From the NCBI GenBank assembly GCA_963820525.1, contig CAWGAA010000001.1:1792001-1856000 (forward strand): DNA of 64,000 nt. Direction: 5' to 3'. Shown in pieces: positions 8,901-16,902 of this stretch (position 1 is its first letter; every line of letters starts with the position of its first letter). The translations under genes and the position numbers were made by a program. The notes under the pieces are model-generated. The model had not been told where the DNA came from and searched no databases. It saw only the letters and a list, made by a program, of their open reading frames with translations. The stretch comes from an uncultured Spirochaetota bacterium. Lineage in GTDB: Bacteria > Spirochaetota > Spirochaetia > SZUA-6 > Fen-1364.

Positions 8901-10952
8901 TTCATTAAAAGTGCACATTGTAGTGCAGCGATCTTTTACCCCGACACTGGAAGGCTCATCAGGTGAGATATAATATTCGCCTTTTTCATCAGTAAATTCA
9001 ATAATCGCCGGAGTTGTGTCGAGAAAAAAGATCCCTCCGCTCTTATTCTGGGAAGTACCGAGATAGTCTTGCTCGACCTTCATGCGGAATCGATATCCGC
9101 CGTCCGAAGACAATTGCAAGTCATCTATGCGACCATCCCATTCAATAGTGCTGGTTCCTGATGGTCTATATGCATGGGTCATGATCGTTCGAGCTTTCGT
9201 ACCACTTTCGTTTTCAATACTTGTTGAGATATATGCGCCTTCGCTTAGTGTAAAATCCGCCTTCATTGTAGCTATTGAACTATTTTTTGGGTTGAAACCT
9301 TCTCTTTGATTAGAAAGATCTCCTACGACGAGAGTTTGTTTGTCTATAACAAACGTTACAGCTTGCCTAGACGCGCTGGCTCCGGAGCCTATAAGTTCAA
9401 TCGGTAAGATGTCGAAATAAATATTATAATAGTCATCGGGGAGGACATTTCCTCCCACATTCCCTACAACAGACTGAGTATAGTTGCCTGTTGTTACATC
9501 ATTCTCTTTCAGTATCGTTTGTGACCCTGATGGCACTGAAATCCCACCAAAACTAATTTTCAGATGTCCATTCCCGTTTACTTTATAATGATATTCTATC
9601 GATTGATGAAGACTATCTATAATCTCTCCGTTACCCTCCGATACCTCAATTGACGGTGGAGCGCATATAGAGACATTATATTCAGATAAAAGATCATCTT
9701 CTTGATAAAAACTTATTATATACTCCCCATAAGGAATTGATGTGCCGCTTACATCCTTACCGTTCCAGCTCATTTGAATGGCAGAGTTAGCAACAACATT
9801 CCTTTCTAGTATCTTGATGCTCTTGCTATCTTTCTTAAGGAATGCTTCAATCTTCCCTCCTTCTCCAGCGGCTGTAATATCTATTCTCATCCCTCGATAA
9901 GAGGAATTGACACAATCAGGGTATACAAAGGTATCCTTAATCCCAACAATCGTATTCACAGTATTCAATTTGTATGAATAGAAGCCCCAGGGGTATACAA
10001 GAAACATATAGTTATTACCTGGGGTAAAGCTGATATCTGCTGTTTTATCAGTAATCGGTCTTTGCGGATCTGCCCAAGAATATATATATCTAAGGTCAGG
10101 AGAAAATGAATGTATTCTTTTTGCATTTATGTCTAATACATAAAGATTACCATCGTATCCCGTATCAATTGCAGCTAACCAAGTTTCAGAAGTTGTTGAA
10201 TCACTTGTTGAACATAGCTCAAGGTTCATGATGTCAATATGATAATAGCCGACATAAGTGCCTGACAGGTCGAATCTCATGATCGTACTGTAATAAAGCA
10301 CATATATTCCATTTTGATTCACGCAGATTCTAATCGGAAAATTCCATTCCTCGTTCTCGTATGGAATGAGATCGATTGACTCCTTGCCTTGAACAAAATT
10401 TTCCCATACATCTGAGCGTGCATTATATTTGAATATCTTTTTCTGCCCCAGATCTAGAATATAAAGTCGATCATCTGAATCTTTGCAAATATCTATAGGG
10501 TTAACAAAACTTCTATTAATCTGGCCCGCGGGCTTATATTTGTCTTTTTGATCGATATTCCACCATAGAATAGCCCCGCTTTTTTTATCTATCACGAATA
10601 CTTTTTTATTTGATGTGTAGGCTATTCGACCTATTTGATCAATATAGCTTCTCTGTCGCTCAAAATCATATCCGAGTATTCCGTATTCTCTATTCTTATT
10701 GAAATAATAAATTGATCCATAATAATCATCTACTCCACATCCTCCCAAAAGGCCAGTATCTTTCTCTTTAGCTGAATCGATTGCGCAGAAATTGAAAAAA
10801 TAATGTAGATCTCCATCTGAATAATTAGCAATAAACTCATTATCAATTTTACTATCGAAATTGAAAGCATCGTTTTTCATGATTACTTGCCCAAAGATTA
10901 TTGTGGCAGGAAGAAGCATTACAAAAATGTTTATGCTGACTTTTTTTAGCAT
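2916..10952 (-). CDS. Giant secreted modular protein (2678 aa): signal peptide, NHL-type propeller, FlgD-like Ig domains, 7x54-aa repeats, many Ig-like DxxGN modules, C-terminal propeller-like region
   Basis: Uninterrupted 8 kb ORF with AAGGAG RBS; NHL-like PIDICKDSDDRLYILD; W(D/N)G(K/R) FlgD-Ig motifs x3; about 10 DxxGN/DxxDN Ig motifs. Confidence 0.85.
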   Translation of the reverse strand: MLKKVSINIFVMLLPATIIFGQVIMKNDAFNFDSKIDNEFIANYSDGDLHYFFNFCAIDSAKEKDTGLLGGCGVDDYYGSIYYFNKNREYGILGYDFERQRSYIDQIGRIAYTSNKKVFVIDKKSGAILWWNIDQKDKYKPAGQINRSFVNPIDICKDSDDRLYILDLGQKKIFKYNARSDVWENFVQGKESIDLIPYENEEWNFPIRICVNQNGIYVLYYSTIMRFDLSGTYVGYYHIDIMNLELCSTSDSTTSETWLAAIDTGYDGNLYVLDINAKRIHSFSPDLRYIYSWADPQRPITDKTADISFTPGNNYMFLVYPWGFYSYKLNTVNTIVGIKDTFVYPDCVNSSYRGMRIDITAAGEGGKIEAFLKKDSKSIKILERNVVANSAIQMSWNGKDVSGTSIPYGEYIISFYQEDDLLSEYNVSICAPPSIEVSEGNGEIIDSLHQSIEYHYKVNGNGHLKISFGGISVPSGSQTILKENDVTTGNYTQSVVGNVGGNVLPDDYYNIYFDILPIELIGSGASASRQAVTFVIDKQTLVVGDLSNQREGFNPKNSSIATMKADFTLSEGAYISTSIENESGTKARTIMTHAYRPSGTSTIEWDGRIDDLQLSSDGGYRFRMKVEQDYLGTSQNKSGGIFFLDTTPAIIEFTDEKGEYYISPDEPSSVGVKDRCTTMCTFNEQVNVEVSVRKLSGEVVRNLAGSHALTAGSAFNVQWDGRDDTQKVLPDAKYNIWISHEDKYGNNANTKIGVWVDNNRADDSIAEIILSPIGEEFRVNTNTAFDQSMSSVAQIRDGFIVVWASEGQDGSSYGIYGQRYDADGVPLGGEFKVNTYTTNAQELPSVAQTRDGFVVVWTSNGQDGSEWGLYGQRYDADGVPLGREFKINTYTLANQDKPSVAQIRDGFVVIWTSWGQDGSSYGIYGQRYDANGVPLGGEFRVNTYTTNAQEYPSVAQTSDGFVVAWTSNGQDGSSYGIYGQRYDANGIPLGSEFSVNTYIAGNQSESAVVQIGGGFVVVWSSYGQDGSEWGLYGQRYDVNGVPLGSEFRVNTYIVGDQCGPSVAQTSDGFVVVWTSFGQDGSISGVYGKRYDANGVPSGGEFRVNTYTANEQAMSFVAQASAGFVVVWLSWLQDGSEWGVYGQSYAFQQIPAGINLTAQFLFPNLENYTGRDNFTIQAVASDTNIDRYEMSMGSGSEPKILAAEQNQNVKGDLYYFPILTAPQGQTPIALKVWDKAGNYREDSFLLTRDYESFITGFGVDRFYGSFSHPPQVYFLMAQGADIDLEILDKDKVVLRTINLGSQPASGTHILDISGLSDGVYSVRLRVTHQVFGSYEALAHFVVDNMAPSVAFGDLGTYFSSQTEIRIPASASDKNLDSISLRLYDEKNTLVKTILANGTERDLEALSFNPDELSESGYTFVLSAIDHAGNQSQVERNIIVDRPPPGIVLSSPDFAAVQSGEIHIKAQVVENHDISGWQVAVRRNSSDTILLTGTSISIDCVWNSRVVSDPIVDAKFIFTLKDKADNTSVIEKAFIADNNPPVVECIRETAPIIIDGKQFINGHNTLYLLADSNDIYSRVAEVRYIINDGELRVYKEPIKPTGDGIYNISYSGVDNFGNASAWKRESYIVDATPPDFTTEVGEPKYVQGDTVFIPLENNIVIISTDGVGASASGVKKVEYRIEGDLWQSYEAGIRLYREGPVNVIVRVKDGVGNTTEKPIGRVVIDIAPPLTTLVTEGNSYYSLQRNILALASPTAIFLSAQDTGREDSRSGLDRINYALDGEARQYSQPIAISDAKEHSFAFSAVDRVGNKEQREPITIAVDTQPPNAQLVVPDGVYTAGGVIYAQGGKQYELQATDNFAGVKQISYDLNGAEYLVYRMPFVLSREADYVLRYYAKDYLDNYSQEKTSQISIDNTAPQTFMTTNIPLVHIEETLYADSRYEFRWTGVDGKSGVSNTFVLVDGVAVSPNLFKFTSDGKHTIEYYSRDNVGNIEEKKTVSVVTPIPDMTPPVTKLTPSYPPYTSNNQDYYRSDVLFTLQSEDNVGENESFATGVDKIYCMLDDGNYAIYQGESIRFVSEGIHEIKYYAVDKAGNIELIHSYILIIDDSPPTSELRVQSGGGLYLDSDLYLKESDKVELTAIDSASGVKAIYFRIDGKDPWLQYVEPINLSDGAHAVEYYAEDNLGNKENSRPVSLAVVTDYNIVSYRTLFLNDVDLALRVYSMGDEKLVYVHGGNKGHIFVAELINSAHEPLERKGRITLKAEVRKELDIGGGYVAAAEIRHDREDIYLYTINEKRQPGLQISFGGGCRNPLIVEGRVYWIVEARSGETIVEYDISKQTKREVFFSPRPIQKMQRNGTIVMFLLERESDQELYCLKNGEVSRVFDYDLAYGKINNFSIQSNLLAFDAGDPNARMIYLYLLDDKGPKAISSFEAKAPILQGRYIVYTKVKEDGEILTKYDIVNGVHTSLLKGKALLNTLIDSKGNILTKREKGKRWERDLIDMITDSSRVPARCIEDFESGKGGDQLVFLKNMGGELLVDNIKFASKEIAFAYNLYCDTEDFIYADADATFTIPMKGFDAIHQIQTFNSNKGMLGEEYLSFMALHDVKVIVLTDTPEEKEHFERHGFKKEDFDLFDLETKGLEFIKTFRRYDVLSYKVNAGEQFVLQGFGSQSFAPIVFVVRR
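7519..8630 (-). repeat. Seven tandem 162-bp (54-aa) imperfect repeats inside the giant gene
   Basis: GTATTGACCCTGAACTC recurs at 7639 and 7801 (period 162); protein unit EF(R/K)VNTY...Q..PSVAQ..DGFVVVW.S.GQDGS..G.YGQRYD..G.PLG occurs 7 times. Confidence 0.97.
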
Positions 10953-10990
10953 AGCGGATTGCTCCTTTATATTTCAATAAATATGTAGTT

Positions 10991-12055
10991 TTACCATTGT
11001 CTCTGCACTTTATAAAAAGTATATTCATCCTCATTTCCGATTAAGAAATACACATCTCCAGAAGGAGCTATTGCTGTTAGTGCGCCAGTCAAAGGATAAG
11101 CTTCACGATTGGGATTTCCATCCATATATTGACCATAGTAAAATGCATCTAGCAGCTCACCAAGTTCGGAATACACAAATACTGAAAGCATTTCATTCTT
11201 GTGATTACCTGAAGATGCTAGCCAATAGCTATTATGCTCACTGTCATAATCTATTAAATGATAAAGGCTAAAATCTTTCAGATTTACCGAGATTATGCTG
11301 GACTTCTTAACTGTTTTGGACTGAACTTCAAGTCGCACATTCTTGACCTTGTCAAAAAAAGCTTGTGCCTTAAAAAAATCAGCTGAATAAAACCGACCAC
11401 CGACAATTAAATAATTGGGATTGGCTTGCAAACTCTCAATTGTTTTTCTAGAGATTACCGATAAGCTCTTTGTTATAAATTGAGCATTAGCAGTATTCGA
11501 AGTGATCTCCATTAGCCTCTTTACCGCTTCTTTTGTCGATCTTATACTACCGTTTTTATCTATATATTGAATCAGATCTCGATCATTATATATAAAGACA
11601 TCATCATTTAATGCGAAGAAATCATGAGAATTTATGACACTCTTTGGCAGTGCCTTGCTGTTTATTGTGAATATTCCTTTTCCATTTGGATCGATTTTTC
11701 TTAATCCATAATAAGAGACGCCAATTACATTACCATTCAAATCGACTCTCAAAGTATTTGAAAAATGTGCCGGCTTTTCTTCATCTATAGTTCTTAGGTA
11801 ATTGCCATTAAGGTCGTAGATATTTATCCTCTGATTCACTCGGTCCGGTACGTATATTTGATTATTCTTTGATATCACGAATGTAAGGGGACCGTATCCA
11901 CCACCTGCATCTGGTTTCTCCCAGCCAATCATCCCATCAGAAAATCCCGATTGTATTATTCTCACCTTAATCGTTTGATATTCATTTAAATTGTCTCCAA
12001 AAACATTATTCATGAATAAGCTGATCATTATGCCTATTATGCCTATTTTATTCAT
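10991..12055 (-). CDS. Secreted hypothetical protein with NHL-like/beta-propeller N-terminus
   Basis: Signal peptide MNKIGIIGIMISLFMNNVFG; GPLTFVISKNNQIYVPDRVNQRINIYD NHL-like blade; GGAGG RBS. Confidence 0.75.
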   Translation of the reverse strand: MNKIGIIGIMISLFMNNVFGDNLNEYQTIKVRIIQSGFSDGMIGWEKPDAGGGYGPLTFVISKNNQIYVPDRVNQRINIYDLNGNYLRTIDEEKPAHFSNTLRVDLNGNVIGVSYYGLRKIDPNGKGIFTINSKALPKSVINSHDFFALNDDVFIYNDRDLIQYIDKNGSIRSTKEAVKRLMEITSNTANAQFITKSLSVISRKTIESLQANPNYLIVGGRFYSADFFKAQAFFDKVKNVRLEVQSKTVKKSSIISVNLKDFSLYHLIDYDSEHNSYWLASSGNHKNEMLSVFVYSELGELLDAFYYGQYMDGNPNREAYPLTGALTAIAPSGDVYFLIGNEDEYTFYKVQRQW

Positions 12056-12075
12056 TACGATTCCTCCAAATCTAG

Positions 12076-13761
12076 TTACCTTAGTCTTCTTAATTCAAAG
12101 GCACCATATATAGATAGTGCTTCCCATGTTCTAGTATTAATGACCCTCCATTCATTATAGTCCCCTTTTGCTGCTTCAATTACCGTCACTTTCGAGCTCT
12201 TGGAAGCAATAAGTCTACTATTTGTGGGATATTCAATTCCGAGTACAATTGCTACATGCTCATTAGCATGCGCATTAGCCGTATCCGGATTAATTAGGAT
12301 ATCTCCTGGGACCATACCATTCAAGTAATTAATTGGCCGTGAATATATATCAACTATATCTTGAACAGAATGTTTAGAATATAGAGGAAATGAATAAGAA
12401 TCCTCCGGCTTAACCCATTTATCACTGCCACTAAAATCCGCCATCCAGTAGTTATTTCCGTTATAACTCGCTACTCTTTGTAGAAAGCCATTACAATCGG
12501 TACCAGCCGAATAGAGAACAAGCTGCCAAACATAGCTGTCTAGAAAATAAGCATTATAGGATGCAAGACCTGGCAGATATGGAGTATAGCTAATTCCATT
12601 AATTACAAGCGGATCATATGTTGTCTGTCCGAAACGCCGGCCTGTAAAAATATACATACTCCAATAGCCATAATATGGAGGAGGCGCGGTTGTAACATTC
12701 CAACCCCTCAAAGATTCCCTGTAATCATCTGGGAACTGGTATTCTGGTGGATCTATATTCGGATAATAAACTTGTATATTTGAATCGCTAAAATAATTAA
12801 AGATGGCGTCACGTTGAGCCTCCATCTTCATATTAAAAGTACCTACATCATCAGTTCCGCCTTTCGAGTATGCGACAGCATCTGCAACTTCTGAATAATC
12901 GTAGAAGCATGTCCAATCATTAATGCTATCGTTATTACAATATGTCTGCGCTTCGTCCAATAAGGTCTTGTCATAAATGGCAAAAAAATGAATAAATGAG
13001 TTAACATCACTAATTCCAGCGCTTGATAATACATCAGTATTTGCATATTTTACTTTGAAATCCAGCAGGAAATCATATCCTCTGTCCAACTGCCCATTAT
13101 TAACGACCATGAACCTATCCGTTTTCGGTCCTACTTTTCCATCCGCATCAATTCTACACCAAAGCAAGCCCGATTCGATATATAGATATGCTATGGCGTT
13201 GTTTTGCGGGTACTGAAGCCCATCTTCAAATACAGCACAAAACTCAAAATATCCCCACGTTCTGTCATTTTGATCGCACGGATCGATATAGGGATTCAAC
13301 CCAACATCTCTTGTTCTATTGGTAAAATTGGGAAATCTAACCTTGAAAGGACCGCATCTTGAAACGTCCCAAGCCTTATAGGGTATCCATCTTTCATGTG
13401 AGTCGACTTTCTCTTGCGGATTATCATCATCTAATTTAGTATCAGTAACAAATTCTATTATATATTGGATATCAGCGCTGGTAATGTAGGACGTGTTATC
13501 GTTGTTTATCTGCCCAGTCGCATAACCATCCGAATTGATATATGGCATTGAGCTTGGATATACATAGCTTTTATCGATTTTCGCAAGTGAATGAATTTTC
13601 GGACCACCGGTTGTTGGCGGCGGCGTTGGCATTGACAATGGAATAGGACACCCAAACAAAGCAGAGAGTGCAAGCAGAAGAACAAAGGATTGAAGTACCA
13701 TTCCATGACGTTTATCTAGGCATATACATCCTGCAAATGGTCTTTTTTCTTGGATACTCAA
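12076..13761 (-). CDS. Lipoprotein with C-terminal NlpC/P60-like (papain-fold) cysteine peptidase domain
   Basis: Lipobox LFG-C, Pro/Thr tether; AGTDCNGFLQR (cf. G.DCSGF), PGDIL, EHVAIV, VIEA motifs; TTG start after AAGGAG (alternative ATG 13701). Confidence 0.72.
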   Translation of the reverse strand: MSIQEKRPFAGCICLDKRHGMVLQSFVLLLALSALFGCPIPLSMPTPPPTTGGPKIHSLAKIDKSYVYPSSMPYINSDGYATGQINNDNTSYITSADIQYIIEFVTDTKLDDDNPQEKVDSHERWIPYKAWDVSRCGPFKVRFPNFTNRTRDVGLNPYIDPCDQNDRTWGYFEFCAVFEDGLQYPQNNAIAYLYIESGLLWCRIDADGKVGPKTDRFMVVNNGQLDRGYDFLLDFKVKYANTDVLSSAGISDVNSFIHFFAIYDKTLLDEAQTYCNNDSINDWTCFYDYSEVADAVAYSKGGTDDVGTFNMKMEAQRDAIFNYFSDSNIQVYYPNIDPPEYQFPDDYRESLRGWNVTTAPPPYYGYWSMYIFTGRRFGQTTYDPLVINGISYTPYLPGLASYNAYFLDSYVWQLVLYSAGTDCNGFLQRVASYNGNNYWMADFSGSDKWVKPEDSYSFPLYSKHSVQDIVDIYSRPINYLNGMVPGDILINPDTANAHANEHVAIVLGIEYPTNSRLIASKSSKVTVIEAAKGDYNEWRVINTRTWEALSIYGAFELRRLR

Positions 13762-13793
13762 AACGTTCTCCTTAATCGGATATTAATTGAGCA

Positions 13794-13854
13794 TTTATAG
13801 CATAGGGTGCCTGCGGATGCAACGAAATTCTTCTGTCAGTATCAGTATGATACT
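13794..13854 (-). promoter_or_regulatory. Sigma70-like promoter of the island plus upstream inverted repeat
   Basis: Minus strand TTGCAT-17bp-TATAAA with extended -10 TG (13822-13794); AGTATCA-gta-TGATACT palindrome at 13838-13854. Confidence 0.55.
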
Positions 13855-13958
13855 ATCACAGCATCTGCGGCGGCCGGAACGAGAAAGATTTTCTCTATTC
13901 TCGCCAAACGCCGCACGCTTTCGGACCACATCGGGCGGCGCATTCTTGTACCTTGCCC

Positions 13959-14981
13959 TCACCCCCTCAGCACATTGATGGCGGGAGGGAGCAGCTTCAT
14001 CACTAGGGGAAAATCCTTCTCCTGAAGCCAGGTGAGCTCGCCATCGAGCTGCAACGGCATCTTCGCATGGTAGTCTATCTCGACATGGTCAGCGGAGTAG
14101 AACCTCACTTGAGGGAGAATGCCGTGCCTGCCCTCATAGAAAAGCTTCTTGTTCTTGATCTTTGCGAAAAGGCTGAGGTGGTCCACGACGCAGACGTTCT
14201 CCTGTCCTGGAAGAACATGCATATGGCCGCCATAGGTCCTGTCTCCGCTTATCCCCACGACAACCATCGAAGGGACGATCCCGTCTATCGATATCTCGCC
14301 TCCTTTGGAGAAGATTCGCACGTCCATAGGTAGGGGCTTGATGGCTTGCTCGTAAAAGAGGCTTCCCACGTCCACGAGTGCCTTGTAGGCGTGGCCGGGA
14401 ATAGCACGTTTGAAGCGGTAGGTGAGGCCCGCGATGAATGCATCTAGGCCGACGCTTGCGATATTGAATGAAAAGCCCACTTGCTTTCCCGCCGCGGTCA
14501 CCACCAGGGCTCCCGTCTTCAGGTTGTGCGGCGCTCCAAGAATAAGATCGTATGCCTCGCTGAACGTGTTGGTGTCCGCCATGTCGTTCCCCGAGCCCAG
14601 GAGGTCTCCATCGGCCTGGATAAGGGCGGTGCAGATTTCGTTGCTGGTGCCGTCGCCACCGCAGCCGATGAGGAGGTGCTCCAGGCCGGAGCGCGCCTTC
14701 TCCTCCCGGGTGAGGATATCTTCCGTGATTATTCGCGCGTGGCCGGCGTACTCCGTGAAGTGTACGAGGTTGATCTCGATCTTTCGCCGGGGATAGCGGC
14801 TTCGAAGCTCTTCCAGCCGAACCTCGAGCTCCATGATCATCTTCTCGAGAGTGGATTTTCGCTTGAAAAACCCGGCGTGGGGATTGACGATGACATCGAC
14901 AATCAGAGGCGCCGTATCGGCTTGGCGGGAAAACTCAGTCAACTTGGAGACGCCGTTCGCGTCCGTCGATATCAGGTCCAT
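13959..14981 (-). CDS. Diacylglycerol kinase family lipid kinase (YegS/DgkB-like), possibly with an internal deletion
   Basis: IVNPHAG, GCGGDGTSNE, GSGND, SVGLDA, YGG, QLDGE motifs. Confidence 0.85.
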   Translation of the reverse strand: MDLISTDANGVSKLTEFSRQADTAPLIVDVIVNPHAGFFKRKSTLEKMIMELEVRLEELRSRYPRRKIEINLVHFTEYAGHARIITEDILTREEKARSGLEHLLIGCGGDGTSNEICTALIQADGDLLGSGNDMADTNTFSEAYDLILGAPHNLKTGALVVTAAGKQVGFSFNIASVGLDAFIAGLTYRFKRAIPGHAYKALVDVGSLFYEQAIKPLPMDVRIFSKGGEISIDGIVPSMVVVGISGDRTYGGHMHVLPGQENVCVVDHLSLFAKIKNKKLFYEGRHGILPQVRFYSADHVEIDYHAKMPLQLDGELTWLQEKDFPLVMKLLPPAINVLRG

Positions 14982-15005
14982 GGTTCACCTCCACGATGCA
15001 TCGTT

Positions 15006-15509
15006 TCAGCCGCTCTTTTCCAGCATCGACAGTATTCGTTGCGCTGCCCTGCCGCGGTGGGAGAGGCGATCTTTCTCCTCGTCGGGAAGCTCCGCGATGG
15101 TCTTCCCCGCATGCGGGACCAGGAATAAAGGATCATAGCCGAAACCGTGATCCCCACGAGGCTCATGAGTGATCTGGCCGTTCACGGTTTCCTGGGCGAT
15201 GAAGAATCTGCTTTCCTCGATGACAAGAACAAGACAGCAGACGAAGTATGCCCGCCTGTCCTCGATGCCCTCCATTTTCGATAGAAGATATGCATTTCGC
15301 GCGTGGGCCTCTAGAACAGATCCGCTGCCCGAGCCGTAGCGTGAAGAATAGATTCCTGGCTCGCCGCCCAAAGCGGGCACGCATAATCCTGAGTCGTCGG
15401 AGACCACCGGCCGCCTGGCAATCGAAAAAAGTGCCATAGCTTTTCCGAATGCATTCTCCAGAAAGCTTTCGCCGTTCTCCTCGAAGTCGAACTCGATGCC
15501 CGCCTCACG
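15006..15509 (-). pseudogene. rdgB: 5'-truncated non-canonical purine NTP pyrophosphatase (RdgB/HAM1)
   Basis: EENGESFLENAFGKA, SDDSGL, PGIYSSRY, GFGYDPLF, SHRGRA present; N-terminal (A/S)xNxxK motif and a proper start are missing. Confidence 0.8.
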
Positions 15510-15834
15510 GCTGCTCGCGACATGACGGGACCGCGAGGCCCATTGTCTCGGCGATTGCCCTCGAACATGTGCAGCTTCAAATCTGTCTATCTCTCATGTA
15601 TCTCTTTCTGAAATAGCGTTTTTTCAAGATTCCCCATTGACCAGATCGGCGCTAAAAGTATCATCAAGTGAACGAAATATGTGCGCGTTGCCTGCGCGCC
15701 CCATGACGAATCACAGCGGCGCTTGCCGCCGTTTCCACTGCTGTGGTAGCATCACCCACCCTGGATAATGATGTTGGACAGCATTGCTATCGGCGTGGGT
15801 ATGCTCAGCGAATGAGCACACATAGGGATGCACA

Positions 15835-16779
15835 GTGATCAAGAATATCGGCGTCATCGGGGTAGGCGGCGTTGGCGGGTATTTCGGGGGCAAGCTCAGC
15901 ATGCTCGCCCAGGCGGACCCCGCGCTTGAGGTCTTTTTCGTGGCGCGGGGCGCGCACCTTGAGGCGATACGCAGGAACGGCCTCGAGCTGTCCACGGCCG
16001 AGGAGGGGGAGCTTCGCTGTGTTCCCACGCTCGCAACCGACGATTTTTCGAAGCTTCCGACTCTCGACCTCTGCCTGCTGTGCGTGAAAGCCTACGACCT
16101 GGCCTCCCTGCTTCCCCTCCTTGGCCGGCGCGTCTCCCCGGACGCGCTGATCGTCCCATTGTCGAACGTAGTCGACATCCCGGAGCGGATTCGCGCCGTC
16201 ATTCATCAGGGAGGAGTGCTTCCCGCATGCGTCTACATCGGGACTCACATAGAGCGGCCCGGGAGAGTGGAGCAGAACGGCGGCGCCCGCACCGTCATTC
16301 TCGGACCGGATCCCCTCCACGAATCAGAAAAGGTGAAGGAAGCCCTCGATCTTTTCACTCGCGCATCCATCCGCTTCCAATGGAGCAGCGACCCGTACCC
16401 GATGATCTGGGAGAAGTTCATCTTCATCGCAGGCTACGGCCTGCTGACGGCGTGGTGCGGCAAGACCCTTGGCGAGGTCTTCGAATCCGCGGAGCTTCGC
16501 GGCGCGGCGCTTGCCATCATGCGGGAAATCGCGAGCCTTGCCGCAAAGCGCGGTGTCCGTCTGCCGCCCGGCATAGCGGAGGATTCCCTGGCCAAGGCCG
16601 CCGGGTTTCCTCCCGGCACCAAGACTTCATTCCAAAGGGACTTCGAGAACCCGAAAAAGCCCGACGAGCGGGACCTTTTCGGCGGAACGATCATTCGAAT
16701 GGGCGAATCCCTCGGAGTAGAGACGCCGGCCACGCGAAACATCTACGGCGAATTGCAGAAAAAGAAGCCCGTTTTTTAG
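15835..16779 (+). CDS. panE: 2-dehydropantoate 2-reductase family protein (PanE/ApbA)
   Basis: Rossmann GVGGVGGYFG, ARGAH, LCVKAYD, WEKF, TSFQRD. Confidence 0.85.
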   Translation: MIKNIGVIGVGGVGGYFGGKLSMLAQADPALEVFFVARGAHLEAIRRNGLELSTAEEGELRCVPTLATDDFSKLPTLDLCLLCVKAYDLASLLPLLGRRVSPDALIVPLSNVVDIPERIRAVIHQGGVLPACVYIGTHIERPGRVEQNGGARTVILGPDPLHESEKVKEALDLFTRASIRFQWSSDPYPMIWEKFIFIAGYGLLTAWCGKTLGEVFESAELRGAALAIMREIASLAAKRGVRLPPGIAEDSLAKAAGFPPGTKTSFQRDFENPKKPDERDLFGGTIIRMGESLGVETPATRNIYGELQKKKPVF

Positions 16780-16840
16780 GCGCGGGGCGGCCCGCAATCC
16801 AGGACACTATCGGCCGCCGGAAGCCCGAGAGCCTCATTTC

Positions 16841-16869
16841 TTGCGCGGCGTTCTCTTCTCGCGTATACT
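16841..16869 (+). promoter_or_regulatory. Sigma70-like promoter
   Basis: TTGCGC-17bp-TATACT upstream of GGAGG RBS and GTG 16903. Confidence 0.55.
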
Positions 16870-16902
16870 TTGGCCCCTGAGTTTTCAAGAGGGGAGGCGC
16901 CC

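Noticed and set aside
2885..13958. att sites or target duplication flanking the AT-rich island
   Set aside because: Only weak similarity (CCTTACCTCTCACC versus CCTTGCCCTCACC); no tRNA, integrase or transposase
15510..15834. Coding gene or TGA-recoded ORF in the rdgB-panE gap
   Set aside because: The frames I translated contain stops and no recognisable motif; TGA is used as a normal stop throughout the window
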